In this document: piece after piece, positions 15,785-26,441 of the stretch
How positions within the stretch are numbered: position 1 is the stretch's first letter
How the letters are laid out: the number at the start of each line of letters is the position of its first letter
Source of the DNA: a virus
Reading direction: 5' to 3' (one strand)
UHGV virus genome: UHGV-0160150
DNA length: 29,487 nt
Position numbers and translations under genes: made by a program
The notes under the pieces: generated by a model
The model's input: the letters and a program-made list of their open reading frames with translations, nothing else
Database searches by the model: none
What the model was told of the DNA's origin: nothing

Positions 15785-16306
15785 ATGAATATCGTGCCAC
15801 TTAATTACAAAGGTGAAATTGTCAGTTTCAACACTGATGGTTGGATCAACGTCACAGGTGTTGCTGAGAGATTTGGGAAACGCATTGATAACTGGATGCG
15901 TTTGGCAGAAACGCTTGAATACGTTCGTGCTTTAGACGAAGCGTTGACCGGGAAAGAATCTGAAATTTTACATCCCTCACAATCGAGGTATGTAAAAACC
16001 AGCAAGGCACGAAAGGACAGGGGTGGTGGTACGTGGCTACATCCAAAACTTTCAGTTGCATTTGCCCGTTGGTGTGATGCTCGTTTTGCTGTGTGGTGCG
16101 ACCTGCACATTGATAGTCTGCTTCGCGGTGAACTGACTGAGCAGCAGAAATATGAGCAAGCATGTCGCATTCGCGATGACCGGAAATCAAAAGCCAGCAA
16201 TGGGGCAAGAGAGATGGCTCGCTGGCGATGGGATAAGCCGGTTATTGAAGCAAATGTTGAGTACTGGCGCGAGCAACTGCAGTTGACTCTCGATATCGCG
16301 TGCTGA
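15785..16306 (+). CDS. KilA-N domain protein
   Basis: 173 aa; KilA-N-type pattern (GWINVTGVAERFGK...GGGTWLHPKLSVAFARWCDARFAVWCD). Lies between the lysis cassette and the packaging genes. Confidence 0.65.
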   Translation: MNIVPLNYKGEIVSFNTDGWINVTGVAERFGKRIDNWMRLAETLEYVRALDEALTGKESEILHPSQSRYVKTSKARKDRGGGTWLHPKLSVAFARWCDARFAVWCDLHIDSLLRGELTEQQKYEQACRIRDDRKSKASNGAREMARWRWDKPVIEANVEYWREQLQLTLDIAC

Positions 16307-16595
16307 TGGCAAACGCAAAACTGCGTTATCGGAAAAATCAAAGCATTACGAGAACTGAGCAACGGCTATCCATTACAAAGCCCATCTACGGGTGGGCTTG
16401 ATAATGAAACCGGAGTTAATTTCTGGTCACTAATTAACGGCAGTACAGCGAAACAACCCAAGCCAGAAAGTGGGGAAATAACACTGGCAGCCACTGAAAG
16501 ATGAACCTCCTGCCTTATGGCAAAAAAGATTCTTTGTGGTGGCGGACTGATGGAAAGACATCCTAATCAAGCAACCACTCCACAGGGTCATAATT

Positions 16596-16976
16596 ATGAA
16601 CGACCAGCAAATCGAAAAAGAAATCGTTGAGAAAGGCAAAACCGCTCCGCGAGTTACCCCGCAGCACATCGAAGACGTGATTAAAAGCGAGCATTACTTT
16701 ACTGCTTATGATGGACGAAATGGTGCCATTTCCAGCAACGAATATTGTGGCAGGGAAAAACCAGAAGAAGGCGATCGTGATTTATCACCATTGAAGTTGC
16801 TCACTTTCTGCGTACTGGTGCTGAAGAATGGCTTCACCGTCACCGGAGAGAGTGCCTGTGCAAGCCCGGAAAACTTTGATGCAGAAATTGGTCGGAAGAT
16901 TGCCCGGCAGAATGCTGTAAACAAAATCTGGATGCTTGAAGGTTACTTGCTGAAGCAGAAGCTAAGCGAACAGTAG
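16596..16976 (+). CDS. Hypothetical phage protein, possibly Gp49/Sf6 gp66-like family
   Basis: 126-aa ORF upstream of the terminase genes; family assignment is tentative, from context and memory. Confidence 0.4.
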   Translation: MNDQQIEKEIVEKGKTAPRVTPQHIEDVIKSEHYFTAYDGRNGAISSNEYCGREKPEEGDRDLSPLKLLTFCVLVLKNGFTVTGESACASPENFDAEIGRKIARQNAVNKIWMLEGYLLKQKLSEQ

Positions 16977-17076
16977 TTATTACAAAAGCCATTCAATGAG
17001 TGGTCTCGACAATGGCTTATACCCTACACGGGATAACTTAACTGATATCCCTTTTAACGGATAAACGGAGCCAACA

Positions 17077-17319
17077 ATGGCAGAGATTATTCCCATGACT
17101 GAAGAACAGAAATTCCAGTTAGAGATTTACAAACTGGTCATGAACCAGAACGCAGCCGCAGAAGAAGCATTTCAATTCATTGGCACTGACGAACTGAAGC
17201 TTGAGCTATTCAAAATTCACTTCCAGTCAGGCGGCGCTAATTCGGATATCACGACCCGCACTATCGAAGCGGTGCGTAAATCGAAGGAAGCGTTAGACCT
17301 GTTCACTACCGGAGCATAA
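17077..17319 (+). CDS. Hypothetical small protein (80 aa)
   Basis: ORF immediately upstream of the small terminase subunit. Confidence 0.5.
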   Translation: MAEIIPMTEEQKFQLEIYKLVMNQNAAAEEAFQFIGTDELKLELFKIHFQSGGANSDITTRTIEAVRKSKEALDLFTTGA

Positions 17320-17321
17320 AC

Positions 17322-17762
17322 ATGGCACGCCCAACAAAGTATCAAGAGGCGTATGCCGAACAGGCACGCAAACTGTGCTTGCTGGGCTACACCGATGCAG
17401 AACTTGCTGATTTCTTTGAAGTCAGTGAGTCAACTATTAACAAGTGGAAGCTTGATTATCCTAAGTTTTCGGAGTCCATAAAAAAGGGTAAGGCCGTCGC
17501 TGATGCAGAAGTTAGTGATCGTCTTTATCAACGCGCTATGGGCTTCGTGGCTCCAGACATCGATATTCGTGTTATTGAAAATAGAATTGTCGAAACTCCG
17601 CTTGAGAAGTATTACCCGCCTGATACAACCGCCGCCATCTTCTGGCTTAAGAACCGACAGAAGGATAAATGGCGCGACAAGGTTGATCACGAGCTAACAG
17701 GCAAAGACGGCGGCGCAATTCAGATTGAAACATCACCGATGAGCACTCTATTCGGAAAATGA
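17322..17762 (+). CDS. Terminase small subunit
   Basis: 146 aa with HTH-like segment (YTDAELADFFEVSESTINKWK); its stop overlaps the large-subunit start (ATGA). Confidence 0.7.
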   Translation: MARPTKYQEAYAEQARKLCLLGYTDAELADFFEVSESTINKWKLDYPKFSESIKKGKAVADAEVSDRLYQRAMGFVAPDIDIRVIENRIVETPLEKYYPPDTTAAIFWLKNRQKDKWRDKVDHELTGKDGGAIQIETSPMSTLFGK

Positions 17763-19174
17763 CCTCGATTAATCCTATCTTTGAACCGTTCATTGAGGCG
17801 CATCGCTATAAAGTCGCCAAAGGCGGTCGAGGTAGCGGTAAGTCATGGGCAATCGCGAGGCTGCTTGTTGAAGCGGCGCGTCGGCAGCCGGTGCGTATTC
17901 TCTGCGCTCGTGAACTGCAAAACAGTATCAGCGATTCGGTAATTCGGTTGCTTGAAGACACCATAGAGCGGGAAGGGTATTCGGCTGAGTTTGAAATTCA
18001 GCGTTCAATGATTCGTCATCTCGGAACGAATGCTGAGTTCATGTTCTACGGCATCAAAAACAACCCGACGAAGATTAAATCGCTCGAAGGCATTGATATC
18101 TGCTGGGTGGAGGAAGCGGAAGCGGTAACGAAGGAATCATGGGATATCCTGATACCAACCATCCGTAAGCCGTTCTCTGAAATATGGGTGAGCTTTAACC
18201 CGAAGAACATACTCGACGATACCTATCAGCGATTCGTTGTAAATCCTCCCGATGATATTTGCCTGCTGACGGTGAACTACACCGACAACCCGCACTTTCC
18301 TGAAGTTCTCCGTCTGGAGATGGAAGAGTGTAAACGCAGAAATCCGACACTATATCGTCACATCTGGCTTGGTGAGCCAGTGAGCGCAAGTGATATGGCA
18401 ATCATCAAACGTGAATGGCTTGAAGCCGCAACCGATGCGCACAAGAAACTCGGATGGAAAGCGAAAGGCGCTGTTGTCTCTGCGCATGACCCGTCAGATA
18501 CAGGACCGGATGCTAAAGGTTATGCATCGCGCCACGGTTCGGTAGTTAAACGCATTGCCGAAGGCCTGCTGATGGACATCAACGAGGGTGCTGACTGGGC
18601 TACTTCGCTGGCGATTGAAGACGGCGCTGACCATTACCTGTGGGATGGTGATGGTGTTGGTGCCGGGCTACGCAGACAGACAACGGAAGCGTTCTCCGGC
18701 AAGAAAATCACCGCCACGATGTTCAAGGGCAGTGAATCGCCATTCGATGAAGATGCGCCGTATCAGGCCGGAGCATGGGCTGATGAAGTCGTACAGGGTG
18801 ACAACGTTCGCACTATTGGCGATGTGTTCCGCAATAAGCGAGCACAATTCTATTACGCGCTGGCTGACAGGCTGTATCTGACATATCGGGCGGTTGTTCA
18901 CGGTGAGTATGCAGACCCAGACGACATGCTGAGTTTCGACAAAGAAGCGATAGGCGAGAAGATGCTGGAGAAGCTGTTTGCAGAACTGACGCAGATTCAG
19001 CGCAAATTCAATAACAACGGGAAGCTGGAGCTTATGACCAAGGTCGAAATGAAGCAGAAGCTCGGTATTCCATCTCCTAACCTGGCTGATGCGCTGATGA
19101 TGTGTATGCATTGCCCGGAGTCGGCTGCGAAACCCGACTATTCCAGTTACTCAATTCCTTGTGGTGTAGGTTGA
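17759..19174 (+). CDS. Terminase large subunit (ATPase/nuclease)
   Basis: 471 aa; N-terminal Walker A (VAKGGRGSGKSWA); Walker B-like ICWVEEAE. Confidence 0.9.
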   Translation: MTSINPIFEPFIEAHRYKVAKGGRGSGKSWAIARLLVEAARRQPVRILCARELQNSISDSVIRLLEDTIEREGYSAEFEIQRSMIRHLGTNAEFMFYGIKNNPTKIKSLEGIDICWVEEAEAVTKESWDILIPTIRKPFSEIWVSFNPKNILDDTYQRFVVNPPDDICLLTVNYTDNPHFPEVLRLEMEECKRRNPTLYRHIWLGEPVSASDMAIIKREWLEAATDAHKKLGWKAKGAVVSAHDPSDTGPDAKGYASRHGSVVKRIAEGLLMDINEGADWATSLAIEDGADHYLWDGDGVGAGLRRQTTEAFSGKKITATMFKGSESPFDEDAPYQAGAWADEVVQGDNVRTIGDVFRNKRAQFYYALADRLYLTYRAVVHGEYADPDDMLSFDKEAIGEKMLEKLFAELTQIQRKFNNNGKLELMTKVEMKQKLGIPSPNLADALMMCMHCPESAAKPDYSSYSIPCGVG

Positions 19175-19175
19175 T

Positions 19176-21374
19176 ATGGCAGAAAAAAAGATGACTGACT
19201 GGCATCGCAAGGTGCTGTGCAACTTTGATAATGCCTGGTCAGCAACGCAGGATATGCGTGAGCAGATTATTGAGGCTCAACGTTTCGTCCGGGTGTCCGG
19301 CGCACAGTGGGAAGGCAGCACAAACGCTGGTTACTCATTTGATGAAGGCAGGTTTGAGCATTACCCGCGCTTTGAACTGAATAAGATTGCCCGTGAATGT
19401 GATCGCATCATTGGCGAGTATCGACAGAATCGCATCAGCGTTAAATTCAGGCCGAAGGATGACAAGGCATCGGAAGCGTTAGCCGAAAAGATGAACGGCA
19501 AATTCCGCGCTGATTATCAGGAAACATCCGGTGGCGAAGCGTGTGATAACGCATTTGATGATGCTGTAACGGGCGGATTCGGTTGTTTCCGCATGTGTGC
19601 TGATTACGAAGATGAAATGGATCCGAGTAACGAGCAGCGACGCATCAGCCTTCTTCCTGTTTACGACCCGGCGACATGCGTCTTCTTCGATCAGGACAGC
19701 AAGCAATATGACCGCTCTGATGCTATGTGGGCTATGGAAATGTTCTCCATGACGCCTAAAGCGTTCGAGGCTGAATACCCTGATTCCATCGCGGCAAGCC
19801 TTTCTCGTGATGACACTGGTACTCAGTATGACTGGTCAACGCCTGACGCCATCTATGTTGGACGCTACTACGAAGTCCGCATAGAGAAGGTGAAGCTCAC
19901 AGCATGGCGTAACCCTGTCAGCGGAGAAACGGCAATCTATGATGAAGAGCAAATCAAAGATATTGTCGACGAGCTGACCGATGGTGCATTCGAACTGATT
20001 GGCGAGCGAACGGTGAAGAAACGCCGAGTTTATTGCGGTCTTCTGTCTGGCGCTGAATGGCTGGAAGAACCGAAGCGTATTCCGGGCGAACATATTCCTC
20101 TCATCCCGGTATATGGGCGTCGTTCATTTGTTGATAATCAGGAGCGAATCGAAGGCCACGCAGCAAAAGCGATGGATGCACAGCGTCTTGAGAACCTGAT
20201 GGTTTCCATGATTGCAGATAACGCCACTCAGGCTGGCGGTGATGGCATTCCTATCGTGGATGTTGATTTCATTCCCGGCCCATTAATGAACCACTGGGCA
20301 GAGAGGAATAAGAAAAGACCTGCAGTTCTTCCTATGACCAGCAAGAAGGACAAAAACGGAACGGTCATTTCAGAGGCTCAGGTTGCTGGCTGGACACCTC
20401 CGACACAAATGCCTCCAGCTCTTGCCGGGCTATTGCAGTACACTGGAACGGCTATTCAGCAAATTACAGGTGCGTCGCAGCTTGAGAACATGCCGAGCAA
20501 CGTCGCTACCGATACCGTTGATAGCATCTTTAACCGGATGGACACGCAGTCCTATATCTACATGGACAACATGGCTAAATCCATGCGCCGTGCTGGCGTC
20601 GTGTGGCTTTCTATGGCTCGTGAAGTCTATGGCAGTGATACGCCGATGCGTATCGTTAATGAGGACGGCAGCGATGACGTGGCGCTGATGACTGGTGAAG
20701 TGGTTGACCGTCAGACAGGGCAGGTTATCGCGCTTAATGACCTTTCGCAGGGTAACTATGAAGTGACTGTCGATGTTGGCCAGTCGTTCGCTACTCGCCG
20801 TGATGCAACGGTTAAGTCGTTACTTTCCATGCTGGCACTTATCCCACCGGGAACGCAGAAGCACGACCTTGTATCGTCGATGATTCTCGACAATATGGAC
20901 GGCGAAGGGATGGACGACCTTAAAGAATACAACCGCAATCAGTTGCTTCTGTCTGGCGTTATCAAGCCGAGAACGCCTGAAGAACAGCAGATGGTTGAAC
21001 AGGCGAAACAACAACAGGCCAGTCAGCCAGATCCGGCTATGGTTGCAGCGCAAGGTCAACTTCTTGCTGGTCAGGCTGAATTGCAGAAAGCGCAGAACGA
21101 ACAAGCAGCCATTCAGGTTAAAGCATTCCAGGCACAGACGGATGCTCAGGTTGCTGCGGCAAATGTTGTGAAAATCCTCGCATCTGCCGATAGCCAGCAA
21201 AAATCTGATATCCGTGAGGCGCTGAAACTGCTCGGACAGTTCCAGCAACAGCAAGGAGACAATGCCCGTGCTGATGCAGAGCTTGTCCTGAAAAGTCAGG
21301 CGCAGGGACATGCACAACGCATGGACATCAGCAGCATCCTGCAAAAATCAACTCAGCAACAACCACAGCAGTAA
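19176..21374 (+). CDS. Portal protein (P22/Sf6-like)
   Basis: 732 aa directly after the large terminase; Gln-rich C-terminal tail as in P22-type portals. Confidence 0.85.
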   Translation: MAEKKMTDWHRKVLCNFDNAWSATQDMREQIIEAQRFVRVSGAQWEGSTNAGYSFDEGRFEHYPRFELNKIARECDRIIGEYRQNRISVKFRPKDDKASEALAEKMNGKFRADYQETSGGEACDNAFDDAVTGGFGCFRMCADYEDEMDPSNEQRRISLLPVYDPATCVFFDQDSKQYDRSDAMWAMEMFSMTPKAFEAEYPDSIAASLSRDDTGTQYDWSTPDAIYVGRYYEVRIEKVKLTAWRNPVSGETAIYDEEQIKDIVDELTDGAFELIGERTVKKRRVYCGLLSGAEWLEEPKRIPGEHIPLIPVYGRRSFVDNQERIEGHAAKAMDAQRLENLMVSMIADNATQAGGDGIPIVDVDFIPGPLMNHWAERNKKRPAVLPMTSKKDKNGTVISEAQVAGWTPPTQMPPALAGLLQYTGTAIQQITGASQLENMPSNVATDTVDSIFNRMDTQSYIYMDNMAKSMRRAGVVWLSMAREVYGSDTPMRIVNEDGSDDVALMTGEVVDRQTGQVIALNDLSQGNYEVTVDVGQSFATRRDATVKSLLSMLALIPPGTQKHDLVSSMILDNMDGEGMDDLKEYNRNQLLLSGVIKPRTPEEQQMVEQAKQQQASQPDPAMVAAQGQLLAGQAELQKAQNEQAAIQVKAFQAQTDAQVAAANVVKILASADSQQKSDIREALKLLGQFQQQQGDNARADAELVLKSQAQGHAQRMDISSILQKSTQQQPQQ

Positions 21375-21464
21375 TTAACCCATAACGTGCAATGGCTGTC
21401 TTTATGAGGCCTGGCACCCTATTGCCTTCCGATGGGCTGAACATCGAGTAAACAGGGGTAACAA

Positions 21465-22361
21465 ATGGACCAGATGGCAGAAAACACACCAGAAGTTGAA
21501 ATCGAAACCGACGCGTCAGAGCAGATTCCTGATGATGTCGAACTGGCTGAAGAAGTCGAAACAGAAGATGGCAGTGAGTCCTCCGGCAATGATGCAGAGG
21601 AAGCTACTGAAACTGATGACGACGAATCAGAACAGGAATTCTACTTTGGTGACGAAAAGCTGGATTCGCCAACCAGCGAAGATGGCGCTGAGCATGGACT
21701 GGTAAAACACCTGCGCAAGACGATTAAAGAGAAAGACCGCGAGCTGAAAGAGCTGATGCGTCAGTCCCAGAAACCCGTCGAGCAGCAGCCGGTAATCACT
21801 CAACCACCGCGAATGCCAAAACTGGATGATGAGGACATCGGTTTTGATGAAGAAATCTACCAGCAACGCATGGCTAAGTGGGCAGAGGATAACGGCAAAT
21901 ACCAGGAGCAAGTACGAGAGCGGAAACGAGAGGAAGAGGCGCGTACCGCAACGCTTCAGCAGAAAGCAGCCAATTACATGCATAGAGTAAAAGCACTGAA
22001 AGTGGCTGGTTACCAGGATGCAGAGCAGGCTGTACGCGAAGATGTTCCTGTTCACATTCAGGACATGATCCTTCTTGAGTCAGAGAAGCCGGAAATCGTT
22101 GTTCTGGCACTCGGTCGCAACACTGAACTGCGCAAGCAACTGGCAGAAGCTACCAACCCCGTAGCAATTGGTCGTCTGCTGGAACGTATCGAATCGAAGG
22201 CCAGAATCATGCCAAAAGCAAAAACCACGGCAGCCACAACCCCGACAGTTAAGGGGAGCAACGGCGCAGTAATCAATAACCTCGACAAACTTCTCGAAAA
22301 AGCGCGCGACACCGGTGATTACACCGAATACCGGGCGGCGAAGAACAAAGCTAAAAAATAA
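21465..22361 (+). CDS. Scaffolding protein
   Basis: 298 aa, highly acidic N-terminus, helical and charged; lies between portal and coat. Confidence 0.7.
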   Translation: MDQMAENTPEVEIETDASEQIPDDVELAEEVETEDGSESSGNDAEEATETDDDESEQEFYFGDEKLDSPTSEDGAEHGLVKHLRKTIKEKDRELKELMRQSQKPVEQQPVITQPPRMPKLDDEDIGFDEEIYQQRMAKWAEDNGKYQEQVRERKREEEARTATLQQKAANYMHRVKALKVAGYQDAEQAVREDVPVHIQDMILLESEKPEIVVLALGRNTELRKQLAEATNPVAIGRLLERIESKARIMPKAKTTAATTPTVKGSNGAVINNLDKLLEKARDTGDYTEYRAAKNKAKK

Positions 22362-22381
22362 TCCATCGGAGCTAAATACCT

Positions 22382-23641
22382 ATGTCTAACCAGTTAACAA
22401 AAGACCTCGAAATCCTCTTTGAGAGCGTCATTGATAGTTTTGAGGCGTCCAATGTCGTTTCCCGCGAGTGCAGCAAGTTCCGACCGGGCGACATTGAAAT
22501 GCAGCGCGCTGGCGACGTTGTTTATCGCCCTCAGGGCTACCACCTGAAAACCGTGAGCGGACTTGATCTGACTTCGGCCACTGCAAACTCACTCGTTCAG
22601 CGTCAGGTGCCTGCTCGCTTCCGCGAGCCAGAGAACGTCATCTACGAACTGGACGCAAAAGAAATGCGCGATCCGTGGCACAAAGAGCAGGCTGGCAAGG
22701 CGGCGGGTCGCCAGTTGGCGGCGTGGGTTGATAACATGATCGTCGATGAGGTGGTCGCTCGCTCCACCAACGTGGTCACCATTAAATCGGCGTCCACCGG
22801 TAGCACTCTCGGCGAAGAACTCTGGAACGCATCGGCTGACGTTGATGCAATGATGCTGTCCATTGGTGTGCCTCAGGGTGGTCAGCGCAAGGCGTTCTAC
22901 AACCCGTTCAACTACAAAGACCTGGCTAAGGAGCTTGGCTCTCGCGCATATGCGGTCGGTGCAACTCTGACAGCCTATGAGAAAGCTCAGATTCCACCTG
23001 TGGCATCCTTCGACAGTTTCCGCGTTGATTATGCTGGCGCAATGAAGGCTGGTTCAGCTACCGCTGTAACTCTCGGCGGCGCAGTAGCACATAAAGTTAC
23101 CGCGATGGATTCCAACGGAGCGCCTACCGATAACCGCCAGGGTGATATCACCGTATCCGCTGAGAACGTACTGGCTGTCGGTGATGCATTCACTATCGAA
23201 GGCGTTAACAGTGTCCATATGATCAAGAAGGTGGATACAGGTCAGCCGCAGGTATTCCGCGTCCTGGATGTAAAAGGCACTACCGTTACCATCAGCCCGA
23301 AAATTCTGCCACCAGACAACGCGGATAAGGCGTCTATTCCTTACCAGAACGTTACCGCCAATCCGAAGAATAGCGCGAAGATCAACATCCTCAACAAGAA
23401 GGCTGCGGCTTCCAACATCTTCTTCGCTGAGGGTTCTGTTGAGCTGATGTATGGCAAGTTGGCATTCCCTACCGGCCAGGGTCCGCAGGTTATGACCGCA
23501 ACGACCGAGCAGGGTGCGACCATCATCATGGCTTACCAGTTCGACGCTAAATCTGGCAAAACGTGGACTCGCTTCACCACGCTGGCTGGCGCAAGCGTAC
23601 TGGTCCCGGAATTCACCGGCCTGGTACTGGCTAACCAGTAA
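22382..23641 (+). CDS. Major capsid (coat) protein, P22/Sf6-like
   Basis: 419 aa after the scaffold gene; followed by a strong terminator. Confidence 0.8.
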   Translation: MSNQLTKDLEILFESVIDSFEASNVVSRECSKFRPGDIEMQRAGDVVYRPQGYHLKTVSGLDLTSATANSLVQRQVPARFREPENVIYELDAKEMRDPWHKEQAGKAAGRQLAAWVDNMIVDEVVARSTNVVTIKSASTGSTLGEELWNASADVDAMMLSIGVPQGGQRKAFYNPFNYKDLAKELGSRAYAVGATLTAYEKAQIPPVASFDSFRVDYAGAMKAGSATAVTLGGAVAHKVTAMDSNGAPTDNRQGDITVSAENVLAVGDAFTIEGVNSVHMIKKVDTGQPQVFRVLDVKGTTVTISPKILPPDNADKASIPYQNVTANPKNSAKINILNKKAAASNIFFAEGSVELMYGKLAFPTGQGPQVMTATTEQGATIIMAYQFDAKSGKTWTRFTTLAGASVLVPEFTGLVLANQ

Positions 23642-23645
23642 TCCA

Positions 23646-23671
23646 AGGGGCTTCGGCCCCTCTTTTTTTTT
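23646..23671 (+). terminator. Intrinsic terminator after the coat gene
   Basis: Hairpin AGGGGC-TTCG-GCCCCT followed by a run of nine T. Confidence 0.8.
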
Positions 23672-23681
23672 GGAGATCGAA

Positions 23682-23870
23682 ATGTCTCAAATCATGCTTT
23701 ATAAGCCGGGATCGATGATCACCTGCGGCCCCCACTCGCTGGATTACATCATCGTTGATGACGAAGAAGTTAAATCTCACCTGAAAAAAGGCTGGGTAAA
23801 AACTCCTGAAGAAACCGCAACGAAGCAAAAAGTGGCTAAGGCGGAAGAAGATGGCGAAAACGAAGGGTGA
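23682..23870 (+). CDS. Small hypothetical protein (62 aa) between coat and the gp4-like gene
   Basis: ATG at 23682 with GGAG RBS just after the coat terminator: MSQIMLYKPGSMITCGPHSLDYIIVDDEEV... Overlaps the next gene by 20 nt. Confidence 0.45.
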   Translation: MSQIMLYKPGSMITCGPHSLDYIIVDDEEVKSHLKKGWVKTPEETATKQKVAKAEEDGENEG

Positions 23871-24312
23871 TCTCGTTCTAAAGGCTTTACGAAAAGCCGG
23901 GCTGTATTCCAATGCCACGTTGATAGATGCCGACCCTCAGGCAATTGAAGATGCTATTAATGACCTCGAAGACATGATGGCAGCATGGCAGGCGAAAGGT
24001 ATCGAGCTTGGATATCAGTTTGCTGATACAGAAAACGGCATCATGCCGTTACCTGACGATGATTCAGGTATCCCTGCATGGGCAAATGATGGCGTCGCTT
24101 TGAAACTCGCTGTGCAAGTGTGCATGGATAACGTCATTCAGCCGTCGGATGCTCTCCTTACCGCTGCTGACAGCACATATCAGACAATCTGCATCGCTTT
24201 AACCAAAATACCACCACTTGAGCGACGAAATGACATGCCTCGCGGGGCGGGGTTAAAAAGCGCGTTTACGTGGAATCGGTTTTACATCGAGAAAGATGAT
24301 CCGAGTACGTGA
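23851..24312 (+). CDS. Head completion / tail accessory protein (P22 gp4-like position)
   Basis: 153 aa, first in the P22-order series; assigned by gene order. Confidence 0.6.
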   Translation: MAKTKGDLVLKALRKAGLYSNATLIDADPQAIEDAINDLEDMMAAWQAKGIELGYQFADTENGIMPLPDDDSGIPAWANDGVALKLAVQVCMDNVIQPSDALLTAADSTYQTICIALTKIPPLERRNDMPRGAGLKSAFTWNRFYIEKDDPST

Positions 24313-24321
24313 GGTGAATAA

Positions 24322-25740
24322 ATGCCGATTCAGCAACTTCCGCTTATGAAAGGTGTCGGCAAAGACTTTCGAAACGCCGACTATATCGACTATCTGCCAG
24401 TGAATATGCTGGCTACGCCCAAAGAAATACTCAACAGCAGCGGATATCTTCGCTCATTCCCGGGCATTGCCAAACGTTCTGATGTGAACGGCGTATCGCG
24501 GGGCGTCGAGTACAACATGGCGCAGAATGCTGTTTATCGCGTATGTGGTGGTAAGCTGTACAAAGGAGAAAGTGAAGTCGGTGACGTCGCCGGAAGTGGT
24601 CGCGTATCAATGGCGCATGGTCGAACATCACAGGCGGTAGGCGTTAATGGTCAACTGGTCGAATACCGCTATGATGGCACGGTTAAAACCGTCTCAAACT
24701 GGCCTACAGACAGCGGATTCACGCAGTATGAGTTAGGCTCAGTCCGCGACATTACGCGCTTGCGTGGGCGTTATGCGTGGTCAAAAGACGGCACTGATTC
24801 ATGGTTTATCACTGACCTTGAAGACGAATCGTATCCTGACCGTTACAGCGCACAATATCGCGCAGAATCTCAGCCGGACGGCATCATCGGCATCGGAACA
24901 TGGCGAGACTTCATCGTCTGCTTTGGCTCATCGACGATTGAATATTTCTCCCTGACGGGTGCAACCACTGTTGGTGCCGCTTTGTATGTCGCCCAGCCAT
25001 CGTTGATGGTGCAAAAAGGAATCGCCGGAACCTACTGCAAAACGCCGTTTGCTGATTCGTATGCGTTCATCAGCAATCCGGCAACAGGTGCGCCGTCTGT
25101 TTACATCATCGGCTCCGGTCAGGTATCACCAATCGCCAGCGCGAGCATTGAGAAAATCCTCCGCTCCTACACTGCTGATGAACTGGCTGATGGCGTGATG
25201 GAGTCTCTGCGCTTTGATGCTCATGAGTTGCTGATTATCCACCTTCCGCGCCATGTTCTCGTGTACGACGCATCTTCAAGCGCCAATGGTCCGCAATGGT
25301 GTGTGCTGAAAACAGGCTTGTATGACGATGTGTACCGCGCTATCGACTTCATTTACGAAGGCAATCAGATAACGTGCGGAGATAAGCTGGAATCGGTTAT
25401 CGGCAAATTGCAGTTCGATATCAGCAGCCAGTATGGGCTACAGCAAGAACACCTGTTGTTTACACCACTCTTCAAAGCTGAGAACGCCAGATGTTTTGAT
25501 CTGGAAGTTGAATCATCGACTGGTGTCGCTCAGTACGCTGACCGCCTGTTCCTCTCTGCAACCACTGACGGCATCAATTGGGGAAAAGAGCAGATGATTG
25601 AGCAGAATGAACCGTTCGTTTACGACAAACGCGTTTTGTGGAAGCGAGTAGGGCGCATCAGGAAAAATGTCGGCTTCAAATTGCGCGTTATCACGAAGTC
25701 ACCTGTCACTCTGTCTGGCGCTCAGATAAGGATCGAGTAA
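24322..25740 (+). CDS. Tail accessory / head-to-tail adaptor (P22 gp10-like)
   Basis: 472 aa, the size I recall for P22 gp10; stop overlaps the next start (TAATG). Confidence 0.7.
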   Translation: MPIQQLPLMKGVGKDFRNADYIDYLPVNMLATPKEILNSSGYLRSFPGIAKRSDVNGVSRGVEYNMAQNAVYRVCGGKLYKGESEVGDVAGSGRVSMAHGRTSQAVGVNGQLVEYRYDGTVKTVSNWPTDSGFTQYELGSVRDITRLRGRYAWSKDGTDSWFITDLEDESYPDRYSAQYRAESQPDGIIGIGTWRDFIVCFGSSTIEYFSLTGATTVGAALYVAQPSLMVQKGIAGTYCKTPFADSYAFISNPATGAPSVYIIGSGQVSPIASASIEKILRSYTADELADGVMESLRFDAHELLIIHLPRHVLVYDASSSANGPQWCVLKTGLYDDVYRAIDFIYEGNQITCGDKLESVIGKLQFDISSQYGLQQEHLLFTPLFKAENARCFDLEVESSTGVAQYADRLFLSATTDGINWGKEQMIEQNEPFVYDKRVLWKRVGRIRKNVGFKLRVITKSPVTLSGAQIRIE

Positions 25741-26441
25741 TGGCTGATTCGAATCTCAACACCCCTGTTATTGTACAGGCGACGCGGCTCGATACATCAA
25801 TCCTTCCACGCAATATATTCAGCCAGTCTTACCTGCTGTATGTCATTAATCAGGGGGCTGATGTCGGCGCAATTGCCGGGAAGGCAAATCAGGCTGGTCA
25901 GGGCGCTTACGATGCTCAGGTGAAAAACGATGAACAGGACGTCGAACTGGCAGATCACGATTCAAGAATCACCGCAAACACAAAAGCGATAAATCTCCTT
26001 GAGGTCAGGTTAACAACCGCCGAAGGGAAGATAGTCGTACTGCGTAGCGATGTTGATTACTTGCTGGATGAGGTTATCGATATTCAGGCGCATCTGGTCA
26101 CTGTTGACAAAAGACTGGATGGCGTAGAAAGCGATGTATCTGACATTAAGAGTGATTACGTATCGAAAACCGTAACCAAATTGCAGTCTCTTGCGTCACC
26201 GCTGGATGTAAAAACATCATATTCAGTTGATGGAATTCAGGTTGTTGGAGCAAGAAATACCGGATGGACTGCAGCCACAGGTACGCCACTTCTTGGCTCA
26301 TTCAACGCTAACCAGTCATACACGGTCGGCACTACGTACACACAATCCGAAGTCGCAGCTCTCGCTACAGGTTTGCAGCAGGCGCGGCAGCGTATTCTGG
26401 CGCTTGAAACAGCACTTAGATTACATGGGCTGATTGACTGA
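25740..26441 (+). CDS. Tail needle (P22 gp26-like, trimeric coiled coil)
   Basis: 233 aa from ATG at 25740 ([25 protein letters not shown]...), resembling the P22 gp26 N-terminus; heptad-rich centre. Confidence 0.8.
   Translation: MADSNLNTPVIVQATRLDTSILPRNIFSQSYLLYVINQGADVGAIAGKANQAGQGAYDAQVKNDEQDVELADHDSRITANTKAINLLEVRLTTAEGKIVVLRSDVDYLLDEVIDIQAHLVTVDKRLDGVESDVSDIKSDYVSKTVTKLQSLASPLDVKTSYSVDGIQVVGARNTGWTAATGTPLLGSFNANQSYTVGTTYTQSEVAALATGLQQARQRILALETALRLHGLID

Noticed and set aside
15805-16362. 185-aa minus-strand ORF, and nested 118-aa ORF at 15852..16208
   Set aside because: Antisense to the KilA-N gene, which has a recognisable domain pattern; low-complexity, Ser/Cys-rich translation typical of shadow frames.
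19479-21344. Several minus-strand ORFs (60-174 aa) inside the portal gene
   Set aside because: Antisense to a long, contiguous structural gene; typical shadow ORFs.
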